In this document: positions 39,375 to 49,439 of the stretch, in pieces
Numbering within the stretch: the first letter of the stretch is position 1
Layout of the letters: the number at the start of each line of letters is the position of its first letter
IMG/VR virus record: IMGVR_UViG_3300020196_000019
DNA: 64,000 bases
Direction: 5' to 3' (one strand)
From: an uncultured virus (IMG/VR IMGVR_UViG_3300020196_000019)
Lineage: Duplodnaviria > Heunggongvirae > Uroviricota > Caudoviricetes
Program-made: the position numbers and the translations under genes
The notes under the pieces: model-generated
What the model saw: only the letters and a program-made list of their open reading frames with translations
Told to the model about the DNA's origin: nothing
The model's database searches: none

Positions 39375-39872
39375 ATGTTAATAGAAAATGTAAAGTTAGT
39401 GGGCATCGACCCGGGCAAAAGCGGGGGAATAGCCTACGTAAAACTAAACGAAACAATCAGCGCCGAGCCCTTCGGAAAAACGGAGGGAGACATTCTGGGC
39501 CAACTTCAAAGAATCATTGCTCCAAAAACAAAAGTATACATCGAGCAGGTAGGGGGGTTCGCGGGAAGGGGGCTACCGGGAAGTGCGATGTTCAACTTCG
39601 GAAGAAACTTCGGGTTTCTGCTGGGAGTGTTAATGGAGAGGAATGCCAGAGTTTCTCTTGTAACTCCTCAGAGATGGCAAAAAACTTTGGGGGCGGGAAC
39701 GAGGGGGGAAAGAACTCGAGACAAGTGGAAACTTCATCTAAAAAGTCTTGCCCAACTTTCATTTCCGGAATTACCAAACATTTCTCTTTCGACGAGTGAT
39801 GCGTTATTGATATTAAAATATGCTATGATTCAAGAATCTCAATTCAATGCCTCTGTTCGACTACCAAGCTAA
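39375..39872 (+). CDS. RuvC-like Holliday junction resolvase
   Basis: VGIDPGKSGGIA, YIEQV, MFNFGRNFG, VTPQRWQK, SDALLI. Confidence 0.85.
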   Translation: MLIENVKLVGIDPGKSGGIAYVKLNETISAEPFGKTEGDILGQLQRIIAPKTKVYIEQVGGFAGRGLPGSAMFNFGRNFGFLLGVLMERNARVSLVTPQRWQKTLGAGTRGERTRDKWKLHLKSLAQLSFPELPNISLSTSDALLILKYAMIQESQFNASVRLPS

Positions 39873-41079
39873 GAGCGCGGAAAGAATCCTAAATGCCATT
39901 CGTTCGGGCCAGAGATTCGTCCTCGACGCTTCCGATACGGGAAGTGGAAAGACTCCAAAGACGTGCCATATTCTCAAAACCCTCGGGAAGCCGTTTGCGA
40001 TTATATGCCCGAAAATGGTCATTCCTACGTGGCAAAGATGGTGCGCGGAATACGACATCCAACCTCAATTCATACTTAACTACGAAAAACTCAAAACCGG
40101 GAAAACTCCTTACGGAAAATTTGAAGATGGAGTGTGGAAATGGGATGTGGAGATGGACACATTTTTCGTCTTTGACGAAGCACACAAATGTAAGGGGAGA
40201 GAATCGCAAAACGGAAAAGTACTTTCGGCTTCCAAGCCCTATGCGGGAATCCTTCTTTCAGCGACAGTTGCGGACAACCCTTTGGACTTGTTTCATACGG
40301 GATACGTCCTCGGCTTGCACGAGAAAAGCAACTATTGGTCTTGGGCTCACGCCCACGGTGTTCGGCCTATGGTTTTTACGGTTGGGGGCAGAATTAGAAG
40401 GCAAATGGTTTGGTGGGGAAAAATGGAAGATCTTAAAAAAATTAGAGACGCTATTTTTCCCGGGAAAGGAGACAAGGTAAGAGTCGATGAAGTGCCAGAT
40501 TTTCCGCGAAACAATGTTTTTGCCGAGGCCATTGATTACAACTGTTCGGAACTCCAAAAGAAATTGGCTCTCTTGGCAGACCCCGAGTTTACAGAAATCA
40601 CGGAAGTACGACGCGAGATTGAATTACTTCGAGTGCCGCTTATTGCCGAGATCGCTAAAGAGCGACACGACGAGGGGAAGTCGGTGGTCATCTTCGCCAA
40701 TTATCACGAGTCTATTGACACTTTGTGCAAGGCTCTTCGATGCCATCATCTTGATGGGCGAGTACCCGAAAAACAAAGACAACGCATTATCCAAGATTTC
40801 CAAGATAACAAAACGACAATGGTTGTTTGCCAAATCCAACTTGGCATCGGCATTGACCTACACGATCTCCACGGTAGGCCAAGGGTCAGTCTATTATGCC
40901 CAACTTTTTCAGCGGTTGACCTTAAGCAAGCCATTGGGCGTATTTGGAGACAAGGGGCGAAAAGCACGTCTTTCCAGTACATATATTTCTGTGCGGGGAG
41001 CTACGAAGAAGAAGTCTGCAAAAAACTACAAAAGAAATTGCGGCAAATCGAAACCCTAACCGACGGAGACCTTCAATGA
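39847..41079 (+). CDS. SF2 (SNF2-like) helicase
   Basis: DTGSGKT, DEAH, LSAT, QAIGRIWRQG. Confidence 0.9.
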   Translation: MPLFDYQAKSAERILNAIRSGQRFVLDASDTGSGKTPKTCHILKTLGKPFAIICPKMVIPTWQRWCAEYDIQPQFILNYEKLKTGKTPYGKFEDGVWKWDVEMDTFFVFDEAHKCKGRESQNGKVLSASKPYAGILLSATVADNPLDLFHTGYVLGLHEKSNYWSWAHAHGVRPMVFTVGGRIRRQMVWWGKMEDLKKIRDAIFPGKGDKVRVDEVPDFPRNNVFAEAIDYNCSELQKKLALLADPEFTEITEVRREIELLRVPLIAEIAKERHDEGKSVVIFANYHESIDTLCKALRCHHLDGRVPEKQRQRIIQDFQDNKTTMVVCQIQLGIGIDLHDLHGRPRVSLLCPTFSAVDLKQAIGRIWRQGAKSTSFQYIYFCAGSYEEEVCKKLQKKLRQIETLTDGDLQ

Positions 41080-42179
41080 AAAAACACGCAGAATTCCCAC
41101 CCTCATCGCTTTCAATGTTTGAAAAGTGCGCCCGCTACATTCCAGAGGCAGGGGAAGATAAGATTTGGGCCAAAGAAGGAACGGCAATGCACGAGGCAAT
41201 GGAAACGGGAAATCTTGATGGCTTGGACGGGGAGCAAAGAGTGTGCGTTGAAAAATGTTGGGAGGTCTTCGAGGAGGAGACAAAAGGGGCCAAACACGTA
41301 CACAAAGAACTTACTTTGGAAATTGCCGATAAAACCACCTTTGGCACGGCGGACCTTGTGGCACTTTGGGGGGATAGGGCTTTTATTGGGGACGCAAAGT
41401 TTGGTAGGACAATGGTAACATCGGCCAAAGACAACCTTCAAGGGTGGGCCTACGCCATTGGGCTTTTTGAGAAACATCCGGAGCTACAAGACATTACGGT
41501 AATGTTTGTGCAACCCCGTTTGGATATGGTCACAAGCCATACGTTTAACCGCCTTCGGGACTTTCAAAGAATTAAAGAACGAATTGACGGAATTATATCA
41601 ACGGCAACCGCAGCCCGAAAAAGTAAGAAAAAAGATTACTACAAACCGAACGAAATTTCTTGTCTTTATTGCGGGCAGAGGGCAGTTTGTCCGGCTGTGT
41701 CTAAGATCGTAAAACCAATTGCCCTCGCCAACGACAATACGCTCGCAAAAAGCATTCCGAAGTTGGTTGATCCAAAAAAACTGACAACTCCTGTTCTTCG
41801 TGCGAAAGGAGAGGTAACTCGGAGGGTTTTGGAAAAATGGTGTGATGCTGTTAAGAAATGGTGCGACGAAGTAAAAGAACACAATCTTAATTCTGCAATC
41901 GCCGGGGAAGATGTGCCGGGATACGGCATTAAGTACCGGAAAAATCCGAGGAAGATTCTTAGCATTGATGCGGCCTACGAGGCTGTAAGGGATCAGCTGT
42001 CGAAGGAAGAGTTTACTCAGCTTTGCACCGTGAGCATTTCCGCGTTGGTAGAAAAATTGCTGTTGAAGGACAGCAAGATCAGCGCAGGGAAACTACGAGA
42101 TCACCTCGTAGGTCAGTTAGAAGAAAAAAATGCGATAACCGAGGAAGTAAGTACACCATACTTAAGTCCCAATAAATAA
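41076..42179 (+). CDS. Cas4-like PD-(D/E)XK nuclease (DUF2800-like)
   Basis: HAEFPPSS...C, GTAMH, GTAD, DAKFG, Q..AY, CLYC...C; start at ATGA overlap 41076. Confidence 0.8.
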   Translation: MKKHAEFPPSSLSMFEKCARYIPEAGEDKIWAKEGTAMHEAMETGNLDGLDGEQRVCVEKCWEVFEEETKGAKHVHKELTLEIADKTTFGTADLVALWGDRAFIGDAKFGRTMVTSAKDNLQGWAYAIGLFEKHPELQDITVMFVQPRLDMVTSHTFNRLRDFQRIKERIDGIISTATAARKSKKKDYYKPNEISCLYCGQRAVCPAVSKIVKPIALANDNTLAKSIPKLVDPKKLTTPVLRAKGEVTRRVLEKWCDAVKKWCDEVKEHNLNSAIAGEDVPGYGIKYRKNPRKILSIDAAYEAVRDQLSKEEFTQLCTVSISALVEKLLLKDSKISAGKLRDHLVGQLEEKNAITEEVSTPYLSPNK

Positions 42180-42196
42180 AGGAGTAAATATACGAT

Positions 42197-42958
42197 ATGA
42201 AAGCCTCGCTTAAAGAGAAACCTAAAGAAGAAACAAAAGAACTAGCCGTGAAAGAAGAGTCCCAGCTTGCCAATGCCTCTGCCAACTTCGATGAAGCGGG
42301 CGAGATTTTGGCTAGCGACCTTAACACCCCACGGATGCAGTTAATCAACAAAATGAGCACGCTGAGCGATACCTTTGCTCCGGGCTCGTGGGTCTTCGAC
42401 AAGGAGATCGTAGTTGCCGACGGGAAAGCCGCCTTTGAGCTAACTGTGTTGGCCATTCGGAAGAGCTACATCGAGCTCTTGGAGTACGGAACTGAGCAAC
42501 AGCCTAAGAGAGTCAACAAACTCTCGGAAGTAGCCGCTCTTGGGCAGATTGCCTACGGAAAGACACAAGCCGATGCCATCCGGAAGGAGAATCAGATTCC
42601 CTTTACCGAGATGGCCGATTGCTTGGTGCTTATTCCGGCTCCCGAAAAGATTAGCGAAGTCAACGCCCTTCGCTTCTCCGAGGACTATAACGGCAAGCGT
42701 TATGGCTTGGCCTTGTGGACCCTCCGGGGCTCTGCTTACAAAACGGCAAAGCAGATCTTCACGTCAATGAGGTCTGTTCTCCGAAACGGCTTGGAGACGG
42801 GTAAGTGGGAATGCTCGTCCAAGTACGTCCAGAAGGACAACAAACAAAGTTGGTATGAGCCTTCGGTGAAACTTCTTGGCCTACACGACGACAAGTTTGT
42901 GGCGTGGGCAAAGAAAATTAAAGAAGCAATTACCGCAACTCCAACAGCCGCAGAATAA
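42197..42958 (+). CDS. Putative ssDNA-binding/annealing protein
   Basis: Position between nuclease and polymerase; PRMQLIN...PGSWV pattern; AAGGAG RBS. Confidence 0.5.
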   Translation: MKASLKEKPKEETKELAVKEESQLANASANFDEAGEILASDLNTPRMQLINKMSTLSDTFAPGSWVFDKEIVVADGKAAFELTVLAIRKSYIELLEYGTEQQPKRVNKLSEVAALGQIAYGKTQADAIRKENQIPFTEMADCLVLIPAPEKISEVNALRFSEDYNGKRYGLALWTLRGSAYKTAKQIFTSMRSVLRNGLETGKWECSSKYVQKDNKQSWYEPSVKLLGLHDDKFVAWAKKIKEAITATPTAAE

Positions 42959-42962
42959 GTTT

Positions 42963-43265
42963 GTGGCTGAAACCTACCCCAGCCCGGAGGAAGTAGCTCG
43001 CATTGCGAGCGAAACCGTTCTTGCTTTGATGACTCGTGGGGGCACAGCTTCCTCGGGTTCAGACAAGTCCGGGCCGGGGGATTGGTTTTGGAAGGACAGT
43101 TGGAGATACAACACCGACAGGGTTATTTCCCACCTGTCCACAGCAACACAAATGTTGGATGGAAATAAGCCTTCCGATGAGGAGGGTGTTGAGGGACATT
43201 TGGCCCGAGCCTTGTGTCGAGCCGCTTTTGTTTACGTAAAATTCAAACAAGGGAGAACTCAATGA
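42963..43265 (+). CDS. dATP/dGTP diphosphohydrolase-like protein (DUF5664-like)
   Basis: W...RVISHL...DEEG..HLARALCRAAF resembles the family; GTG start assumed. Confidence 0.45.
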   Translation: MAETYPSPEEVARIASETVLALMTRGGTASSGSDKSGPGDWFWKDSWRYNTDRVISHLSTATQMLDGNKPSDEEGVEGHLARALCRAAFVYVKFKQGRTQ

Positions 43266-43501
43266 GTGCAACCATTTCAGTTAAGTTTACAGAACAGGAG
43301 GGGGAGAAAGACCAAGTGAAAATTGAGGTCTTTGTTGAAAAGTTTTCCCCATCTCAAGCCGAATTACATATTGCCAAGTCTTTTCACGTGGCAGTTGTTG
43401 AGTGTATTGATGATGTGGTGAAACGCATCGAAAAAGAAAAAACCCAAGAAACTGAGGTTGAAAAAGATGAACCACGAATCATTACGCCCGACGGCAATTG
43501 A
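43262..43501 (+). CDS. Hypothetical protein
   Basis: ATGA overlap, GGAG RBS. Confidence 0.55.
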   Translation: MSATISVKFTEQEGEKDQVKIEVFVEKFSPSQAELHIAKSFHVAVVECIDDVVKRIEKEKTQETEVEKDEPRIITPDGN

Positions 43502-45236
43502 CTTTGAAAGTTACTACGACGATAAACTTTCCATAGGCCTACAGGGTCAGGAAAAATATCTCGAAGAAACCGATGTCTATATGGTGGCAATTGCCGCCGA
43601 TGACATCAACTACTGCGGACCCGTAGAGAAGGCTCCGTGGGACAGGCTTCACAATCGGTTGTGGCTAGCGCACAACTACAGCTTTGACGGATGTGTGATT
43701 AATGTCCTTCAAAGGAAGGGGATTATCCCGAAGGTAAAAGAAAAAAGCCAGTTCTGCACATCCAACCTTGCGGCTTACCTGCAATGCCCGCGTAGCCTTG
43801 CCGACTCCTCTTACTTTCTTCTTGGCAGGGAGGTTAGCAAAGATCCCCGAAAGTTTATGAAGGGAAAGCAATGGCGGGATGTGGAGGAGGAAAAGAAGAA
43901 AGAGATCATCGCCTATGCAGAGGCAGACGCGAAGACTTGTTTGGAGTTATACACAAAATATTCACAGAAGATGCCGTCGAAGGAGGTGAATCTTGCTAAT
44001 CATACCACCAAAATGGGGTGGGAAGGTCTGGCGGTAGACAAGAACAAGGTTAAGGAGGGCATTGAAAAGCTTGAGTGGGCGATGATAAAGGCCGAGAGGG
44101 AAATTCCTTGGGCGCAGAACGATCTTCCTCCGCTTAGCCTTGTGGAGTTGGCCAAGTGGTGTCGGGATAAGGGCATTGAGCCGCCCGTCACGACCAACGA
44201 AGACAGTCCGGAGTGCATTGAGTGGGAAGAAATCTACGGTGAGAAATATCCGGTGGTTGCGGCGATGCGAACCTACCGGAAGGCCAACACCATCCTCTCC
44301 AAGATCAAAATTTTGGAAACTCGGATGCGTTCGGACGGAACCTTTCCCTTTGGCTTGCGTTACTGCGGAGCCTTTACCGGAAGATTTTCCGGGGACAGCC
44401 GCTTTAATATGCAGAACCTACCGAGAGGAGAAATCCTCGGGGTAGACCTTCGTAGTTGCATTATTCCGAGACCGGGGAAGATATTTATTATTGCGGACTT
44501 CGCGCAAATTGAGCCGAGGGTCTTGGCGAAGATTGCCAAGAACGAAAAGTTACTAGAGGCAATGCGGAAAGGCTACGGAATTTACGAGGCCTTTGCGGCT
44601 TCTGCCCTCGGTTGGCAGGGCGAGCCGGGAACCTTTAAGAAAAACGATCCGAGTGGTTATATGCTGGCAAAGGCTTCCGTCCTTGGTTTGGGCTATGGCG
44701 CAGGTTGGAAAAAATTCAAGCAGATTGCGGCCATTCAATACGGGCTGACTTTGAATGACGATGAGGCTGCGAAAACAGTTGACAACTTCCGGATGCGGAA
44801 CAGACAGATTGTGGAATTATGGCAGAAACTCGAACAAGGCTTAAAGAAATCTTACAAGTCCGACTTCGAGGTGGAGCTTCCGTCCGGAAGGTCTCTTATC
44901 TACAGGGAGGTGGACGATTCCTTGCGGAGTCCCTATGGGAAGCCAGCTTGGGGGGCGAGTCAGGGTTACAGCAAGGACAAGACTACGTTGTGGGGCGGGA
45001 AGCTATGCGAGAACGTCATCCAAGCTACGGCAAGGGATATTCTTGCGGAGAGCATCCTACAATTGGAGAAAGCGGGTCTTCGGGTAGTTTGTCACATCCA
45101 CGACGAAGTGATTATCGAATGCGATCCCGACACAGACATTCAAGAGGTTCGGAGGATTATGTGCAAGGCCCCGGAATGGATGAAAGATCTTCCCATTGAT
45201 GTAGAGGCAGAGAAGGCAACTTTTTATAAAAAATGA
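43467..45236 (+). CDS. polA: DNA polymerase family A with 3'-5' exonuclease
   Basis: Exo motifs DFE, HNYSFD, YAEAD; TGRFS, motif A DFAQIEPR, motif B AKASVLGLGYG, motif C HIHDE. Confidence 0.92.
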   Translation: MNHESLRPTAIDFESYYDDKLSIGLQGQEKYLEETDVYMVAIAADDINYCGPVEKAPWDRLHNRLWLAHNYSFDGCVINVLQRKGIIPKVKEKSQFCTSNLAAYLQCPRSLADSSYFLLGREVSKDPRKFMKGKQWRDVEEEKKKEIIAYAEADAKTCLELYTKYSQKMPSKEVNLANHTTKMGWEGLAVDKNKVKEGIEKLEWAMIKAEREIPWAQNDLPPLSLVELAKWCRDKGIEPPVTTNEDSPECIEWEEIYGEKYPVVAAMRTYRKANTILSKIKILETRMRSDGTFPFGLRYCGAFTGRFSGDSRFNMQNLPRGEILGVDLRSCIIPRPGKIFIIADFAQIEPRVLAKIAKNEKLLEAMRKGYGIYEAFAASALGWQGEPGTFKKNDPSGYMLAKASVLGLGYGAGWKKFKQIAAIQYGLTLNDDEAAKTVDNFRMRNRQIVELWQKLEQGLKKSYKSDFEVELPSGRSLIYREVDDSLRSPYGKPAWGASQGYSKDKTTLWGGKLCENVIQATARDILAESILQLEKAGLRVVCHIHDEVIIECDPDTDIQEVRRIMCKAPEWMKDLPIDVEAEKATFYKK

Positions 45237-47401
45237 AAAAGATTACGTTGTTCAGATTGCCTTCTCTTCTGGCTCACGAAGTAAAGCCTTGTCTTCCTTG
45301 GGAAGAGAAAGCTCCGACGTGGAAGACTCCAACTAATAAAAAGGAAGCTGATGCTGCGGCGAGTGACCCTCACTACGAAGGGTGTTATCTTAGCGCCTAC
45401 GAGGGGCTAACTCCCGGCCTTCGGGTTACAGCCAACAACAAGCCCTACAAGATGCACGGATTGATTGCGGACTTTGATTGTTTGGTCAGGCCGGAGGATA
45501 TGGAGGAGACCTTCAAGAATATGCGGGATGAGAACCGCCCCACCATCTACCACAACACGATGAGCGGGGGTGTCCGGGCCATTTGGATGTTTGAATGCCC
45601 GCTTCCCATTTATGGGGAAGCTCACGACAGCGCCATTAGTCATTTGATGGATGTCCTACATATTAAGAAGTTATTCCCACGCCTCGATCCGTGCGGGGAG
45701 CAGACCAATCAGTATTACATTTGGTATCCCCATAATCTGACCAATACGGGAAACATTTTGGGGAAGGAGCGACTCAACGCGATTGTCTTCGATGCCTTGG
45801 ACAGAAAGAAAAACTACCGGGGGCAGGGGGATGTGGAAATTCCTTTGGAAGAGGTGAAGAGACGCATTGACGAAATGTATCCGGGGCAATGGACGGGTAG
45901 CTTCGAGCCGAAGAGCCGGGGAAACCCCTTTTGGAATCCTTCCCGAAACTCCCCCCGGGCGGCGATGGTTACTCCGACGGGGATGGTGGCCTTCGGTGAG
46001 GAAAAGGGCTTTTACAGTTGGGCAGAACTTTTAGGCCGGGAATGGGTGGAGACCTTCGAACAGGCGAGATTTGGGAGGCCTTCTGCGGAATGGTACTTCA
46101 ACACCGACAGGTATTGGCGGAAGGACAGTCACGGTTGGTGGAGAAGTTACGCGAAGGAGGATGCGAAGGTGGAGGTTCAGCACCGCTACAGGCTTACCAA
46201 ACGTCCGAGGAATCCCGATGATCTAAGCGAAGTGGATAGGGCCTTACTGCACATCCGAGAGGTCAACACCGTGGAGGGAGTTATTCCCCTCCCCTTCCAC
46301 CCCGAGGATGTCATCCAGTTAGACGATGTGGGAAGGGTTATTAACACCAGCAAGGTTCGTCCGATGGAACCAGCCGCACAGGCAGGGGAATGGGGAAAAA
46401 GCTTCCCTTTCCTCGGAGAGTTCTTTACGGGGTTCTTTGAGTCGGAGGAGGATGTTGACCCTCTTCCCTATTTCCTTGCTTGGCTACGCAGGTTCTACGA
46501 GGGGGGTATGAACAAGAAGCCTAATCAGGGTCAGGCTATTTTTCTTGCCGGAGGGGTGGGGACGGGAAAGACCCTCTTGGGGCAGGTTATCCTCGGAACA
46601 ATCATCGGTGGCTTTAGCGATGCCTCGGCTTATCTATGCGGATCGAGCTCTTGGAATGGACATCTTCTTCGGGTTCCTTTGTGGAGCGTGGACGATACGA
46701 TGGCAGCGGTTAGCTACGACAAACACGCCGCCTTCAGTAATATGATTAAGAGAGGGGTAGCCAACGTAACCCACGTCTATGAGGAGAAGTACGCCCCGAC
46801 GGTGAAGATGACTTGGAAGGGGCGGATTGTCGTAACAATGAATGATGACGCAGAGAGCATTAATGCCATCCCTCTCCCCGACGGTTCAATTTTGGACAAG
46901 ATTATGCTCTTTAAGGTGGCTAACCGTAAGTTTCCATTCCCGAAGGGGGACGTGCTAGATCACACCATAAAGACGGAGCTACCTCACTTCTTACGGTGGC
47001 TACTTTCGTGGGAAATTCCCACCGAAGTAAGGTCGAAGGACGAACGCTTCGGTATTAAGAGCTACCATCATCCAACCCTACTTGCGGGAGCAAGGGTGCA
47101 GACCAGAGGTAATATGATGTCGGAGCTCATCGATCTTTGGGTCGAGACCAAAAGAGAGAAGGAAGAGACACATTGGCACGGAACGGCCACAGACTTGTTT
47201 TTGGATATGTCCGTCAACGAAAGACTGACATCGGTTATCCGAAGCTATATCCCTTCCGCAGATGCCCTTGGAAGGCGTATGTCTATCTTGTTAAACATCA
47301 GAGATGACATTAAGAGAGCAATCACAAAGGGGAGAGCGCAATACTTTATAACAATTCCAGCCCTAGACAAGCCGAAGGAAGGTGCAAGAATCAAGCTATG
47401 A
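45233..47401 (+). CDS. Primase-helicase (PrimPol-like N-terminus plus SF3/D5-like helicase)
   Basis: ADFD and TMSGG.R in the N-terminus; Walker A GGVGTGKT, VDD, VTMN. Confidence 0.8.
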   Translation: MKKITLFRLPSLLAHEVKPCLPWEEKAPTWKTPTNKKEADAAASDPHYEGCYLSAYEGLTPGLRVTANNKPYKMHGLIADFDCLVRPEDMEETFKNMRDENRPTIYHNTMSGGVRAIWMFECPLPIYGEAHDSAISHLMDVLHIKKLFPRLDPCGEQTNQYYIWYPHNLTNTGNILGKERLNAIVFDALDRKKNYRGQGDVEIPLEEVKRRIDEMYPGQWTGSFEPKSRGNPFWNPSRNSPRAAMVTPTGMVAFGEEKGFYSWAELLGREWVETFEQARFGRPSAEWYFNTDRYWRKDSHGWWRSYAKEDAKVEVQHRYRLTKRPRNPDDLSEVDRALLHIREVNTVEGVIPLPFHPEDVIQLDDVGRVINTSKVRPMEPAAQAGEWGKSFPFLGEFFTGFFESEEDVDPLPYFLAWLRRFYEGGMNKKPNQGQAIFLAGGVGTGKTLLGQVILGTIIGGFSDASAYLCGSSSWNGHLLRVPLWSVDDTMAAVSYDKHAAFSNMIKRGVANVTHVYEEKYAPTVKMTWKGRIVVTMNDDAESINAIPLPDGSILDKIMLFKVANRKFPFPKGDVLDHTIKTELPHFLRWLLSWEIPTEVRSKDERFGIKSYHHPTLLAGARVQTRGNMMSELIDLWVETKREKEETHWHGTATDLFLDMSVNERLTSVIRSYIPSADALGRRMSILLNIRDDIKRAITKGRAQYFITIPALDKPKEGARIKL

Positions 47402-47580
47402 GCAACTTAGAGATCATTGCATCTTGGGTTTTTTCATTGCTACAAGGTTTGTTTTTATACGTTTTACTCCCAATTCTATGCACTACGATTGCAATTTTGC
47501 TTTGTGTAGTTGCAATTGCTGGGTTCTTGATGATTCGGGCTCGCTCGAAGGGTCCGGATTGGTTTGACCGAAACGGGTAA
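47398..47580 (+). CDS. Small membrane protein
   Basis: Long hydrophobic stretch, ATGA overlap. Confidence 0.5.
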   Translation: MSNLEIIASWVFSLLQGLFLYVLLPILCTTIAILLCVVAIAGFLMIRARSKGPDWFDRNG

Positions 47581-47644
47581 ATTCTGGTTGCTAAAGAGGT
47601 AGGGCAACTCTTTGGGTTGCATATCTGCGTTTAAACACTACAAA

Positions 47645-47852
47645 TGGGGTGGACTTCGACCCTTGGGGTGGACTTAAGAGGGGTGGTTTTTGCTTTTCCA
47701 AGTCGTTGATAACCAATTGCTGGGTGGACTTAAAGGACTTAAATATACTTCTAAAAGAGTTTATTATAATGTATATGTTAAATGCGCTACGGCCCTTGGT
47801 CGCTCCGTCGCCATAGTCTTTTTCCTAAGTCCTAAGTCCTATGTCCACCCCA
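47645..47852. promoter_or_regulatory. Putative replication origin
   Basis: Direct repeats TGGGGTGGACTT and inverted copies flanking an AT-rich core, downstream of the primase. Confidence 0.6.
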
Positions 47853-47868
47853 CAAATGGATTGCAGTA

Positions 47869-48156
47869 ATGCAAATTGCACGCAATCTGCATCTACAAAT
47901 TGTGAAGCACTCTTACGACCTAAAGATCTACAACGGACGGATAAAAATTTACGTAGACGGCTATGTAATGTTTACGTTTAACCAAATCGACTTTAAGGGC
48001 TATTACGCTTACAAGGACGACACCACCCTATACGGCATAGACATTTACCTCATCGAAAGTTCAGGCGGAAGCGGCGGCTCCCACACGATGGAAATTTATT
48101 TTAAAACAAAGGAGAATTGGCTTGGCGTTCTCGGTCTCCTAGATAAACATTTGTAA
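47869..48156 (+). CDS. Hypothetical protein
   Basis: 95 aa ORF; start uncertain. Confidence 0.55.
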   Translation: MQIARNLHLQIVKHSYDLKIYNGRIKIYVDGYVMFTFNQIDFKGYYAYKDDTTLYGIDIYLIESSGGSGGSHTMEIYFKTKENWLGVLGLLDKHL

Positions 48157-48157
48157 A

Positions 48158-48436
48158 GTGAAAACGAAGCTCGAAACACGAAACTCGAAACGGGAAGCCA
48201 TAAGCGATGTCAACGAAGACGCTATGTTTGCCGACGATCACGATAACGCCCTTGTAGGCTTCGTGGAGCATTTTAAAGTGGGTCCGGTTGCAGTTTACGA
48301 TAAGTCCATTGTTCTCCGTAATCTTTGCGAACGAGACGGTATGAGCCTTGAAGATGCCGAGGAATGGTTTTACTACAACATCCTTGGCTCTTGGGTGGGC
48401 AACGGGACCCCGGCGTTTATTACTTTTTTAGAATAG
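48158..48436 (+). CDS. Conserved phage hypothetical protein
   Basis: AMFADD.DNALVG...AVYD...EDAEEWFYYNILGSWVG..TP pattern. Confidence 0.65.
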   Translation: MKTKLETRNSKREAISDVNEDAMFADDHDNALVGFVEHFKVGPVAVYDKSIVLRNLCERDGMSLEDAEEWFYYNILGSWVGNGTPAFITFLE

Positions 48437-48448
48437 AACTATTGACTC

Positions 48449-48730
48449 TTGAGCGCAGACATTAAGAATTCAAATCACTTTTGGCCGCAAGGGGAGATGC
48501 GTAAGGATTTCACTCTTGAGAGAGAAATTATTCGTCTCCACAACTTTTACGCAAAAGTAATGGAGCATTGCGAAATGTATCACAAAGAAGTTAAAAGCCT
48601 TACCGCTCGCCTCGACGAAACGTGGCATCTTGTCAAAACCAGCACAGACACTATACTGGCTCTCAGGAAAGAGATTGAAGAACTTGAAACCAAAATGTCA
48701 GAGCACAGTAAAGAAAGATCCGGCTTATAA
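48449..48730 (+). CDS. Hypothetical coiled-coil protein
   Basis: 93 aa ORF; start uncertain. Confidence 0.5.
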   Translation: MSADIKNSNHFWPQGEMRKDFTLEREIIRLHNFYAKVMEHCEMYHKEVKSLTARLDETWHLVKTSTDTILALRKEIEELETKMSEHSKERSGL

Positions 48731-49088
48731 GCTAGAAAAGGTTTCTGCCTCGAAGGTTCCAGAACTGCCCAAGATTACGTTTTTGGCAGAGAGACCTGTA
48801 AAATATGTAGAGATGGATTTTGACGTACCCGACGAGGTACTTGACGAGATTGCAGCCTACGGTATGAAATTAATTAAGGACGATAAAAACGCCCTTTTTA
48901 ATTATGCCTTCACGAAAATGCTCGAAGACTTGTGCGAAAAAGGCCCCGAAAGATGGAGCGGCTTCTACCCGGAGTACGTGTCCGGCTCTCTGCCCGGGGA
49001 AGCTGGAAAAGACTCTTCGAAAGAAAGAACTCAAAAGCGAAAAAGCCCTCGTAAAGTATCTGGGAAAGCTAATAAAGAGGGTCAGTAA
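48696..49088 (+). CDS. Hypothetical protein
   Basis: Frame of track ORF 48630-49088; true start uncertain. Confidence 0.4.
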   Translation, partial: CQSTVKKDPAYKLEKVSASKVPELPKITFLAERPVKYVEMDFDVPDEVLDEIAAYGMKLIKDDKNALFNYAFTKMLEDLCEKGPERWSGFYPEYVSGSLPGEAGKDSSKERTQKRKSPRKVSGKANKEGQ

Positions 49089-49160
49089 ATAAATCTCTAA
49101 TAGGGTCAATTGCAATACGTATGTTGACCGACAGCATAAAAAATTTTTTAGGAAAAATTT

Positions 49161-49439
49161 ATGGCTATTACCTTTGGCCCGAAACCCGAGAACCCGGCCT
49201 TTTTTAGCAATCAAGTTCAAGGGTTAGTTAACCGGACGGGCGACCTCCAACATCGCGTTGAATCTCTTGAGTACAAATACAAACAGATCTTTGAGTGCCT
49301 AACAGAGACTTTGGGGCGCATCCGCTCCTTGGAGCAGCATTACTTGTGGCTGGAAGGAACCGGGCCTTCCGCCAAGAAAATGCGTTGCAAGATGACCCCC
49401 AAACCTTCTAAACCTAGCTCTAAGGAGAAAAAACAATAA
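49161..49439 (+). CDS. Hypothetical protein
   Basis: 92 aa, AGGA RBS. Confidence 0.5.
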   Translation: MAITFGPKPENPAFFSNQVQGLVNRTGDLQHRVESLEYKYKQIFECLTETLGRIRSLEQHYLWLEGTGPSAKKMRCKMTPKPSKPSSKEKKQ

